From: Lepidodermella squamata
Taxonomy: Eukaryota > Animalia > Gastrotricha
Assembly: GCA_047495785.1 (NCBI GenBank)
Contig: JBLDXI010000021.1
Location: 124,001-188,000 of the forward strand
Reading direction: 5' to 3'
DNA length: 64,000 nucleotides
Shown piece by piece: positions 38,101 through 50,600 of the stretch. The position numbers were made by a program, and so were the translations under genes. Each line of letters opens with the position of its first letter. Positions within the stretch are counted from its first letter, which is position 1. The notes beneath the pieces are model-generated. The model was not told the DNA's origin. It ran no database searches and saw only the letters and a program-made list of their open reading frames with translations.

Positions 38101-41100
38101 AAGCCTAGGTTCGACAATTGAAAAACAAAATTAAACGCGAATTCGATGTGGCTCCTTGAATTTGCAACTTACAACCGTTTCCGCCAGACTCATAGTAGCC
38201 GACACTATAATTATTTGGTCCAAATGTTAGTGTCGGAAGCCGTACGTACCCTAGCAGTCCCTAGTCGTAAACATTATGTCAATGCGAAAAGACTAGCATT
38301 TCATCGGCTATTTTCTATGATTTTTTTCTTTATATTAGCCGAAAAGACTTGCAAATCAGTCTTGGATCTAGGCCGATCAGAAGCTGTCGCCTCTAACAGA
38401 AGGTAACAGGGTTCATGGTTTCTATACATGATCCATTAATAGTATATAAAAACGCTCTTCGTCGGTTTTAGTTACTAATGAACGATACGAAAACCCAACA
38501 TTAGGTGCTTTTCTCTACGCCTACGACAACCCGAACGAAGCGACATATGTCATGACCGGATTGTCGAATATTCCCCGGCCTGACGTGTTCTCCACAGCCG
38601 AGTGGACCAGTTAGACCAACTTAACGCAACAGTAAATTCAGAACTACACACGTGTCTTGTGCCTAATAAGAAAAACCGAGTGGACGTTGTACTGCCGAGT
38701 AAGCTGGAAGGCGGACTTGCAACGTTCGAAAATCATTCGCGGAGGATCGGAACTCTGGTTTATGGTGATGCACTTATAATGAATATAACTGGCTCGCGTG
38801 TCATCCGAGTCTACTGGGCTATCATCGTCGAAATCCTCAACTCCACCTCAAAAACTAATAGTTGATCAAATAGCCCGCATCGAATTATAGCCACGTACCT
38901 GAAAATCAGGTTGAAGCCTGGAAAAATCATCCGGCCTGAAATGATTAGAAATAGCTTTTCCGACTGTGGAATCCCTTCTACACACTAGGTTTAGGTCTTT
39001 CAACCATTCAACCTTTTGGAAGTCCTCATATCAACTTATGAACTTCATTAAAATGATGAAGCGACCTTTCTGGGTTAATAAACCTCCCTAAAAAATTTTC
39101 AATATTTTTCGAGTTCGGAGAAAAGCAATAGTCATTGATAAAATACGGTAACCCGTCTGAAGTTTAAAATTAAAAAAACCAAACTGAAAAAAACGTACCA
39201 TCAGGCATCGGAATTTTTCGCCAATCTAGCAGCAACGAGTCCAGCAACAATCTTGCATGCAGTGCGATGATTCTCGCGTGCATTTCATCCAACTGGCCGC
39301 GAACATAGTCGCGCAACTCGCTGATTATCCGCTGTGTAAGCCCTGCACAAGACACCGAAGCCAGCACCAGTTTCATCGAATTGAGATGCCGTTCAAGGTA
39401 CGACAAATCAGCTACAACCAAATGAGCAGCCGGCTCATTACTCGCGAAATCTTGCATTAACCTAGCAAATTCTTGCGCCCGGAAGTCGACAAACGATTTG
39501 ATAACGATTGCAGTTGCGTCAAGTGATGAATGCTGATTCGCAGCTGATGATACAATTCGATTTTCGACGAAAAATAGCTGAATGTAAGTCCCGAAAACGT
39601 CCCACAAAACCCAGCAGCTTTTAGATATCGCTCTTGGCCATCGATCGGCATCAGCTTGATAAGCGACAGGTTTAACTTCGTCGATTGAGACAGGTGAATT
39701 ATCGACTTCACCGCCAAAACTTTGGCTGATTGCTTCGCTGAATAGTCGTAGCAGAGTCAAATCGGTGTGGGCGGATGTTATAGGCATTTTAGCACCAGAA
39801 TCGCCCTCGGCGCTAACAGAGCGAATACTCGCTGAAAATGGGAGCAAAGAAAAAATATAACTAAATATACATTTAAGATGAAAAGTGAAAAAGTGGGGTT
39901 GGGCAACAAAATTTACTTACATTTTATTTGACTTTTAATTTCATCGGTTTACTCCGTCACACCATAAATGTTCTTATTAATTTCTTAAACCAAGTCGATG
40001 GGCTTTTCCAATCTGTTAAGGAGGATTATTTTAGCATTCCAAAGGGCTAAAACTTGATTGATTTGAAATTTCAAAATCTACGAAAAATCTAGTTCAGCAT
40101 GATAAAAGCAAAGAGCATTATGTGACCACTTGTTGGGCGGGAATCCCTTTGTTCTGTGATTGGTTCATTCAAATGAGACGCGTGCAATTCAAACGAGCAG
40201 TTTTTTCATGAAAATAGAGTTTTTCTGTCAAGGTCGCACGCGATTTGCTGAGCGATCGCGCGAAAATGGAGTAAAAGCGTTGAAAATCGCAGAAAAATGC
40301 TCGTTTGAATCGCACGCGTCTCATTTGAATGAGCCAATCAGAGAACAAAGGGATTCCCGCCTAAAAAGTGGTCACATAATGGAATCTTTATGCTGAACAA
40401 TGTTGCCAAATCCAAATTTCCGCTTTTTAACGGCAAAATATTGTCCAAAAAAATGAAGGAGAAATTACAAAATAACTTAACAGCCCCAAAAACAAATCAA
40501 TTTGGAAGAACAGAAAATTATTCACTAAAGAGGAGAAAAAGAAAATTTCTTGAAAGTAGAGAATTTTGACAAATTTACCTTTTAGCAAGGAACCAGATTT
40601 CGGTCTAACAGAAACGCAATGGCCAATAGGGTGGAGAAACGATTCTCGAGACCGCAATTGCTCCGACCGAAGACACGCCAAGAGCCAATGCGACAAATCT
40701 TTAGTCGCCGGGGCCGAGGTTGTTTGCAGAAAATTTAGCGCCTGTATTTTAATGCGATTCGCGCAATCATTCGCCGCCGTTTGGTACAACTCGGCAAATT
40801 GACGCCAACGCGTTCGCCCGGCAACTTGCATAACAGTCGATAGATCAGAATCGCATTGAAGCGACAGCCGATCGATAAGGGTGATAATGCCATCGGGCGA
40901 GTCGATTCTACCGCTTACCGCGCTGCGAGATGAGTTTACATTAGGACTTCGCGATGAATTGAGAGTTCCGCCTATTTCAGCATGTAACCAATTGGCCCGC
41001 TGGTCGCGAAGGGCGGCACAAGCGGCGTCACACCCTTGATATAAAAAAATTACAAAAATTCACGATTTTCAACAAAAATACCCACCTGCTAATCGGCAGT

Positions 41101-41509
41101 AGCTATCAAAAGCGAGTAAAGCGTTCGGCAATAGCACGTTTTTACGAGTGTTAAAAGGCAACGACTGTAGCTGAGGCCTCAAATCGTAGGATAGCAGTAA
41201 TCGCGAAATACGTCCGGTCAAACTTCGAATCAGATCATTAATCTGAGACTGCTCTTCAGTCAAAGACCGGCCGTTTGAATAGTCGTCATTTTTACCATCT
41301 AAATCGTCGTTTGAGTAACCTTTGTGGCGTTTCAGCAATTGAATAGCGATTGCTAATCGATTCGGAACAGCCAGTAGAACAGACTTGTTGTCACTATCCA
41401 AGTCGATCAAACTGCTGATTTGCGATAAGAATCTCCGACATTCCGCATGCGAAGGAGTATTAGCGCATAAAATATCGCCAAGTTTGTTATCATTCGAAAT
41501 TGAAAACAT
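35149..41509 (-). CDS. Large helical protein (~1031 aa), resembling KIAA0825; proposed exons 41509-41086, 41034-40579, 39831-39199, 36731-35149
   Basis: All three junctions are GT-AG and phase-compatible; the exons total 3096 nt. The segment LLLDSLLLDW...AWALNMSLWYMRISKILPPQSVSHIYLSVALASFERITARL recalls the KIAA0825 core from memory, so the family call is tentative. Confidence 0.6.
40116..40381. mobile_element. MITE / foldback element with ~90-bp imperfect terminal inverted repeats, inside an intron
   Basis: cattatgtgaccact...gggaatccctttgttctgtgattggttcattcaaatgagacgcgtgcaattcaaacgagca pairs with tgctcgtttgaatcgcacgcgtctcatttgaatgagccaatcagagaacaaagggattcccgcc...agtggtcacataatg. An outer gttcagcat/atgctgaac pair extends it to about 40092-40398. 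Confidence 0.85.
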
Positions 41510-41631
41510 CTACATTATTGGGAAAAGCGAGAGAATTTATTGAAAATTAGGGTGAAAAAAGCTTTTGATTGCCAAAGGAAAGCGCATAGCAAAAAATTAG
41601 CACCAAATAAAAAATAAAAATCTGTCAAGTC

Positions 41632-44245
41632 TCAGCCTCGACCAACTGGTCGAGTCTTAGCTCGATTGATTAGCAACCATAAAATTCCCCATCCAGCCAT
41701 GAAAACAACGATTGTGTAGCCGAAGAGATAGAAAAGTTCGTCCCAAATCGACGTTAGCGGCACTTCGTACTCTTTCAAAACGTCGTAACCAGTTCGAAAT
41801 TTCTGGCAGAGCGGATGCAGCTCCCATGAACACGGTATAGCCGGGTCGCCTTAAAAACATAATATTGTCAAGAATAATCGGCAAATTTTCAGGACTTTCA
41901 TACCTCTGTAAGCGATTTTCAGTAAGGCCCAAAATGAAGCGTAGCCAAAAACAAGGAAATGAATCCAGCTTAAAACAACAGTAACAAGGCCGAAGGCAAT
42001 CGAATAGCCGCCCAGGACCCAAGTCAGCATGATGATTGCAAAAGGTAGGTACATCGCACTACGTTCATCAGCCAAGATTCCTGAAACGATATCGTAAAAA
42101 AAGTTTAGGGTAGATTTGGGATTCCAGCACCAAATCTAGCCAAAATATGGGTTTCGAGTTCGTTGAAAGTCGCAAAAATCGAAAAGAAAATCCGAAAAAT
42201 TAAGTGCTAGAACCTCAAGTTTTAGGGTCCGAAACCCCAATTAAATTACCAACCTAAAATGAAGCCAAAACCTTGCGAAAGAACGGTAACTAAAGCCACC
42301 ACAGCGATCTGTAGAGTCAAGCCCTCGGCAGCTGGAGGTAATTGATGCGTCAAAAACCAAGTTCCAACAGGTAAAATCCAGCTGATGAACAGTTGAAACG
42401 GCACATCGGCCAAACTTTTCGCCCAGTAGAATGCAGTTAAATGGTACCAGGAATTGATATTCTCGCGAAGGATAACGCCGAAATGCGACGGCCCACTCAT
42501 GATTGCCGTGATTACAGGCGGGCAAATCGACATCATGTTAACGAAATTAACAAAAGCTGTATTCGTGTACACCTTAGTCGCATCTTGGCCACAGCCTTGA
42601 AAGGCGACACCCAATAACACCGTGCAGAAAATTGCAGCTATAACTCGTCCGAGGAAAGAAGCCTGTAAAATCAATGTTTTAAATTTAGAAAAATCATAAC
42701 TTGAATCCGAATTTCAAATTTACCACATCGCGCAAGTAAACAATGAAACTTCGTTTCAGTAAAACAAAAAATTGGACCATCGGCTTAGCGCGAGAACTGC
42801 ACAATCGAACGAGCTGAAACGAGGAAGGCATGTGATTGATAATCGAAAATTTTAAGCTAGGTTAGTTGCGGTACCAGTAAGCCTATTGGTCAATTAGTAT
42901 AGCTCAAGCTCGTTAGTAGGCATTTCTAAAAACCGTTTGATCGTCGTGCATGATCAGCTCCTGCCAAATCAAAATGTATTTTTCATCTGAGAAAATCCAA
43001 GAAATTTACCGCCCGTTTAGACGGTGGAGGTTCGGGTTTCTCGCGCAGATCTGACATTGATTGCGATGGAATTATTGCTACGACAGCATTACTCTGTTCT
43101 CCCTTCTTTCGATAGGTGACTCTTCTAGTAGGTTTTGCTGAAGGTCTGGTGTCCCCTTTGCCAAGAGGTCCAGTTCGTCGGATATCCGGCGGAAGAGTCT
43201 TACCAGCTTCAACCAAGCGCTGCACAAATTCTGGTTAAAGATTTACAAGACGGCTGAAGTTAGCATTACCTCTATGTTGTCTTCCTCAAAAACGAAGTCA
43301 GCAGGGTTGTCAGTAGCCGGACAATTAGGTAAGCGACAAATTTGCATGTATTCCACCAAATATTCAGCTGGAAATAGGAATGCAATGAATTGACTCTGTC
43401 ACTAGAAAACAAACTAACCTGGGCCTTGGTATGCGCAACGGCCCCCTTTAGCCAAAAGCATAAGCGTGTCAAACATGTGAAATATTTTCGAGTTGGGTTG
43501 ATGAATCTTCAATTTTAACGAAATAATAATGTTGAATTGATCAGCCAAATTTTCAATCAATTTACCGTGCAAATGACATTACACCCTGACATAGCGATAT
43601 TTTTCAGCAGCTCAATGAGACGGTAACTCGAAACACTGTCAAGTCCAGTAGTAGGCTCGTCAAGGAATAGTACTGGCGGAAAGTTTATCAGCTCGACCGC
43701 TACAGATACACGCTTTCGCTGACCGCCAGATAATCGTCCGATTCTCCGGTCGGCAACTTCATTTAAACTCAAACGATTCAACAATAATTTAGTCATTCGC
43801 TCTCGCTCTTTAGCCGAGTTAACATTTGGAGGTAACTTCATCCAAGCGGCATAGTTCAGCGATTCCCTTACAGTCAGTTGTGGGAAAAGGAAGTCATCCT
43901 GCAGAATGTAGTTAGCTATCACTGACATTATTTTTGAGCAATGAGACAACGGGTGTTCACGACCGTTTATAACGACTGTTCCCGTGGCTCCAGTTTGGAA
44001 TCCAGCTAGCGCATTCAGAAGACTTGACTTTCCGGCACCGGAGGGGCCCATCTAAACATACAGCGCTATGTAAACAGTACTTTACTATTACAAGAGACCA
44101 TTACAATGCAATTCAATAGACCGTGGCTGAAAACACCGTTCACTCCATCCAGCAAGGTTTTTTGAACGTTTTTGGACACGTTCACTTGGTAGCGCACGTT
44201 GTGGAAAGCTAAATCTGCAGCATATGGCCGATGAGTGAGGTCCAT
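41632..44245 (-). CDS. ABCG half-transporter (white/ABCG1/4-like), multi-exon
   Basis: Walker A GPSGAGKS, YILQDD, signature LSGGQRKRVSVAVEL, Walker B LFLDEPTTGLDS, RENINSWYHLTAFYWAKSLADVPF. Spliced last exon PC...LCQKF...WLLINRAKTRPVGRG*. Start inferred as MDLTHRPY. Confidence 0.92.
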
Positions 44246-44351
44246 CCTTATATTCTATTAATCTCCTACAAATGTCAAAAATAAAGAATAAGTGAAAAAC
44301 TGACATAGTAAATTAAAACAAAGACTGAGCTGAAGACGTCTAGAAGTCAAC

Positions 44352-45325
44352 TTAGACTTGATTGAGGTTAGCCAAAGGAACAAAAGCAACACCGTTGAAG
44401 ATTGTCATCGTTGGAGGAAGCACATACGTATGGTGATGTTCGTAGCCGTAAGTCGCCAGAAATAAGATAATGAAAAAGCTCATGGCCCATTCTGAAATTG
44501 CACTGATCAAATGATAGCTCCAGCCCTGAAAGATATCGTAAAACAGATATTCCATGAAAAGAAACTATCAGATTACTGCATCCTGAGGACGCCATTTCCT
44601 CTTATCGATACCATCGAAGCATGAAAATGAAAGAAAAGCGAAGATTTGCGCTGAAAATAAAGTTCGATCGTCACCTAACGATTGAAAAAGTAACAACATA
44701 CTTAGCATGAATGCCACCAAAAATAAAGCTGCGAGTATGCTGCGAATATATGCAATTGGCTTTAAAACGCATTGAGGAGCAGTGGCGAAGGAGATGACGC
44801 TTTCGAACACCATGTAAAGGCCGGCTGAGAAAAATGCAATGAAAGCCCCGATCATGTGAACCACAAGAACCGATGTTTCCTGGAAGTTTGCCACGATAGA
44901 CACGCCGAAAGCAGCCATCAACCCAAAGACGAGGGCAACAGAATTAAGGCATTTTACTCGAGGAGGGTTGAGCAGTTTCAGATATTGTTGCACTTGCAGG
45001 TAACGCAAATATACGATTAATCCAACTGTCCGAGGTTAACACAGAATAAAAGTAAAAGGAACCAAAGCGAACAAGTCATACATAAAGCTGACGTCATATT
45101 AAGCATTTGAGAAAACACGCAGCTCTCGGGTACCGTCGTACCAGTATCACTGATGTACGGGAAATCTGCTGTAGCATGACCCAACAATACTGCGATGATG
45201 TATCTGCAAGAGTCCAATGAAATGCTAAATGCACGCCTATTAGCTGCCACATAAATGGCTCACGCTGTTATCATCGTCATCGGAAAAAATATCAGCAAAG
45301 CCACTAAAACATTTTGCAACCGCAT
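44352..45325 (-). CDS. DRAM/TMEM150 (Frag1/DRAM/Sfk1 family) membrane protein
   Basis: YIIAVLLGH...FPYISDTGTTVPESCVFSQMLN, GVSIVANFQET...VHMIGA, GWSYHLISAISEW. A possible upstream exon ending at a donor near 45877 would be in frame. Confidence 0.9.
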
Positions 45326-45349
45326 TCTCGTGTCTTGGAGGCTAAAAAA

Positions 45350-45725
45350 GGGTCCCCTACAGAGCAGCAGGCTTCAAAGCAGGATAAACTCAAAAGCGGT
45401 GCAAACGCCACGCAACAATAAATCGAATTAATTACGATAAAATTCGGCGTAGTTTTCTGAATATGTACTCATCATAACTTTAGTAGTCCGGCTTATTAAT
45501 TTTGAAAAATTTTCGAAAAACGACTTTTTCGACCAAAGTGAGGTCTGAGCTACATTACGGAGTTTTGATGACTTATGCTCCTCAATTTTTGGTGTGAAAA
45601 GCTAGAATAGCTGACCATCATGTTAGTCCATTGGTTGAAAATCAGAGGCTAAGCCTGAGCGCCTGCTGAGAGGACTGGTTAGTGCGTTTTCCCTGCTTTG
45701 AAGCCTGCTGCTCTGTGGGGGACCC
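45350..45725. mobile_element. MITE (376 bp) with ~34-bp TIRs and an 8-bp target-site duplication CTAAAAAA
   Basis: Left gggtcccctacagagcagcaggcttcaaagcagg; right cctgctttgaagcctgctgctctgtgggggaccc. ctaaaaaa lies at 45342-45349 and 45726-45733. GG termini plus an 8-bp TSD fit Merlin or hAT-type elements. Confidence 0.9.
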
Positions 45726-47629
45726 CTAAAAAAGAATGAAACTCAAAATCTACAAACCGGTGAGTTGCGTGAAGAAGCGTGGGTAGCAACAAGACTAAGC
45801 CAGATTTCGCGCTATGTAATGGTCAAGGATACAATAATTTATTTTTTATTTACGTATTCGAAATTAAAATAACTTACATAATAGTTTGTAAATAAATTTG
45901 ACTGAAATATAAAGGATTATTTGCCGCTGTGGTAATTCCAAAAGTTCCAGGTTCCATCATGTCTCGCCAGAGGTCAGCGGTCACTTTTGGTATTTTAGTT
46001 TGAGCAGCCTGATACCGCTCATATTTTCAGACTTGTGGTGAAAAGTCTGCGCCCGAGGCAAGCCTATTCAGCGGGCCAATGTAATTTATATTGGTGAGGA
46101 ATTTCACTTTCGATATGTTTGCCATTCATTGGAATCAGAAGAAATCGCAACTCGTTTTCGATTTATTAGGATTCTCTCGGATTGAGAGCTATGGCGTTTT
46201 AAAGATTCGGACTGTAACAAATTGCCACTTTTGTTTAGACCCAACACGAGGCTGGAAAATCAGGCAAATGTTGATTCTGGTTCAATCCAATGGAAAACAA
46301 ATTATTGTTTTATTTCATTTGGGCTGTAAGAAGGATGACCGTTCGATTCTCTCAACAATGAATCACCCTCACTTGCGCAACGTTTGATATTATCCACTAT
46401 TATTGATTGTTGCAGTACGCGTTTTTTCTCCGGAATGATTGCCATAGCTTTATCGGAAATGATAATATTATTAAGCATCAGAGGCGTCTTTTCATGTAAA
46501 TCTTTTGAGTTTTAGTGACGCGTGGAACAATTACAGCACCCGTTTAGCGGGTGACTAAGAACTCTCTCGCGCTCTCAGTTTATTTTATTTTTTTCATAAT
46601 TTCATTACGAAGAAATAATCATTTCAATTTGAAAGCATTCTTTCCTTAACACGATTTCTTGCAACAATAATTGAAGCATCCTTGTGTCACGTACTGAGCT
46701 GCAGATAGGAAGCTGGAGATGCCGAAAGCATCGAAAGCTGCTTCATACAGGGAAAAAAGTTGCACATTGCCGAAATTATGTTACATGAGAATGTGCGTTC
46801 GCTTATTAATAACATTATCTTGCTCTTGTAATGGTGTGTTTATAAGAAAAATGACACATTACAAAAAAACTGCAACAAAACGATGCCTGTGAAGTTTATT
46901 ACATATAACCTATAATAATATTATAATTTCCTTCGATGCAGTGGCAATTATTCTGGAGAAAAAAGCGTAAAAAACAATCAATAATAAAAAATAACAAAAA
47001 GAGATGAGCAAGTGAGGGATAATCTTAAAAATAATAAGCAAAATGTTCACGTGAGAAATATTAGCGGCATGCAGACTGAATAAAGACCGATTTCATAATT
47101 CACGTGACGGCAAAAGCGGTTATCTTCATACTACCACGCAACACTATCAGCCAGGTTGCAGTTTGGAATGTAAAAAACCATTATTCACACTATGTAGGGC
47201 AAAGCGCAATCAAAATTCTGTTGCCGCAAGTAGTGTATCAACAATATGAATGAGCTTTACGTAGTACTCGTATTAGACGCCGTGGTGTAAAAAATGAAGC
47301 CGGTATAAAGACTAACAACACTAACAGATTACGCATGGAATAGCTGACTACTTATATCCTGGCGAGGCCACTAAATCATGCCGATGAACGATGCCCCCTG
47401 TTTTCCTTATCTAATCTTACTTCTGAACTAGAAAACCGCATTGCTAACGTCTCGTGCAAACTTTTGTAAGGGTGAGTAAACAATGGAAGCGTAATCGCTT
47501 GGAGACACTTTAGTCCGGAAGTCATCGATAAGAGCAACATAGATACAGAGAAACTTCTGGTGCGAACGACCTTTGCCCATTGCATCTCGATTGAGTTATT
47601 TAACAACTGCATCGATCAAGATCACCGAC

Positions 47630-50600
47630 ATGGCGGTGACAAAGCAGGCATTCACCGGCTTGCTACTTTTAGCATTAATATCTATTACCCTGGCTGATGC
47701 AGATGGGCCAAACATCGATTTGACGAAATGTGATGTCAGCAAGGGGTGCTTACGAAACCCACCTAACTGCAGCCCAGCATCCGCCTGCTCTCAAATCATA
47801 ACATGGACTGTGAGTCCGGATGATCCTGGATCTGTTCGATTTGAAATGGCTTCTGTGGTAAATTACACGGGCAAGGAGATACAATTTATTGCGTTTGGAT
47901 TAACCGTCAATGAGACCAGTATTATGGTGGGAGAATTGTGTTTTGTCTTAAGCTCAAGTTTTAACCTTGAATATTTTAGCTTAATACCAGCGTAATTGTT
48001 TGTGCTAACAATCAAACCGGCACTTCTTTGACCGCTTACTTGTCGCACAATGCCGACCACGTGAGCACTCCGCTGCCGGCGAAGGATTTCAAAACTGGCT
48101 TGAAAATGATATCAAGTGCCTATGACTCTGGCTACATCCAATGCGTGGTCGATAAGCAGATCTTACCGACTCAATCACAAATCGGTCTCATTTTCTCGCT
48201 TGAAGAATCTTACTATCCGGCTTTTGCTGCAGGGCCCACTGATGCTAATGGCATTTTACAAGGCCATTACGTCAAACATGTTTTGCCCGACACCATAACG
48301 GCAACAGATTTTACTCAACAGCTGTCAATAGATGTATCTCTTTGCGGCGTTTCCCGTTATTGCCTACGAAACCCACCAAACTGCCAATCTCTGGGAGATT
48401 GCGAACAGATCGTTTCGTGGCACCCTCTGCAAGCTGGTGACAAGGTTCGATTCGAACTTAGCACGAAACGTTCAAACGATTACGTCGCTTTTGGGCTCAC
48501 AGGCATTTCTGGAATAGATGGCTTTATGGTAAATTAAAAATACCTACTTGATCAAATTTTACTATTATTGTCTATAGAAAAATAACAGTGTACTTGCCTG
48601 CGCGATGAATCACACAACCGGACAAGTGATCGCATTCCAATCGCACAATCAGGTCAATGCTAATACTCACTTCGAGAACGTCATCACCGACAAGCCTTTG
48701 TTAGGAGTGACTACTCAATTGATCAGTGCAATCGATGATCGTATATTTTGCGTCCTGGATCAAAACGTTTTACCAGACCCAACTTTGAACGGAATTATCT
48801 TCCCTCTGGATCGACCTTGGTATCCAAGCTGGGCAAGTGGGCCGACTAAGAACGGTAACCCCTAAAAATGATAACGTACATTCATATGAACTATTAACGC
48901 TGTTGTAGGTTTTTTGAGTTTCCACGACGACTCAAAGCAGGGTTCGATTTCGGAAGTAATTTGCTCCGAACCTTTCACCCCCCTTCCTCCCTCCCCAATG
49001 CCGGACGTATCAACGTGCAACTCAATGAAAGGCTGTTTCCTGGTACCACCTGGCTGCACGAACGATTGTTCCCAAATCGTCACTTGGAGGGTTTCACCCG
49101 ATAACGCTGGTGATGTCCGCTTCGAAATGTATACAAGAACGGAAAAGGTCAAAAACAAAACTGTAGACTACGTAGCTTTTGGGTTGACTCACAATTCTAG
49201 CACTCCAATGGTTAGTTTGAAATGTCCATTTTCCTTTCCATAATTATCATATTCGGCCTTCATTTTTCAAGGTGGATACAAGTGTTTTAGTATGTGCTTT
49301 GAATCACTCTGATGGATCGGTTACTGCTTACCTTTCTCATAATGCTGATCACACGAGCACGATGTTACCAGGCAACGAAGCTCGCGAAGGATTGACGTTA
49401 CTGAAAACAACTCAAGGAAGCTTCTCCTTGTATTGCCTCATTGATCGATCAATCTTGCCTTCGCCAGAGCAGGCCAATCTCGCGTTCCCTCTGAACGAAC
49501 CTTGGCTTCCAATTATGGCCATTGGACCGACCAATGACTTGGGAGTTCTGCAGCACCACGTTGGTGTGCAAGAAATGGAAGATAAGGTCATTTTGACGAA
49601 TTATACAGTTGGCGTTGGCATTGATTTATCCGGCTGTAACGTCACACAAGGATGTGTTGTTACGCCATCTGATTGCCGCGAGTTGAAAGATTGCAAGCAA
49701 GTTGTTACGTGGCAAGCATCGGATGATGGCACCTATGTCAGGTTCCAACTCGCTGCTAAGAGGGCCAGTTTCGATTACATTGCATTCGGCCTGTCCGATG
49801 GGGATGACGAGGATGGAATTATGGGAAACTCGAGTGTTTTAGCCTGCGCTTTCAATCATACGACATCAATGCTCGAGGTTTTCAACTCACACAACCAAGT
49901 CAATCCAGCCACAAAACACTACGCCAACGTGATTACCAGCGATCCCCAACTTGGCCTGCGGGTTTTGTTGTTAACTGCCACAAATGACGACATCATTTGC
50001 GTGGTCGATCGAGCGGTTAAGCCAGATCCCTCACTTAACGGAATAATTTTCCCTCTTGATCAACCTTACTACCCAGTTTGGGCCTCAGGTCGCACTGAAA
50101 ATGGGGCACTCTATTATCACTTCGACGACAAGTATAAGCTGCTCAACAAAATTACGGTGACTGGACCTTATGGCCCGTTGTCGCCGTCAATAGATTTATC
50201 GACCTGCGGAGTGACCAAGGGCTGCGTAAGAATGCCGAGCAACTGCCAAAATACAGGAGATTGTACGCAAATTGTCACATGGCGTGTTTCGCCAAATGAT
50301 GCTAGCAAGATCAGGTTCGAAATGGCGACTGTTACGACAATAGCAAATAAAGACATCAACTGGGTTGGTTTCGGTTTATCAGTCGACGCAAAAAGCTTGA
50401 TGGTACCTCCTTAAGTTCGCCAACATCCATGTTTAATTAGTATTTTTCAGACAAACACCAGCGTTTTGGTTTGCGCTCAAAACAGTTCGGACCCTAGCCA
50501 GCTGTGGACCTACTTGACACATAACAAGAACTACACCAGCACGATTTTGCCAGGTCAACTTGCATTCGACGGCGTTGAGTTGATCGAATCACTCAATTCG

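Noticed and set aside
41657-42022. ORF-track frames 41657-42022 and 41851-42075 as the ABCG C-terminus
   Set aside because: Splicing near 41904/41850 gives a better third-frame ending with the extracellular Cys pair and last TM helix, stopping at 41632.
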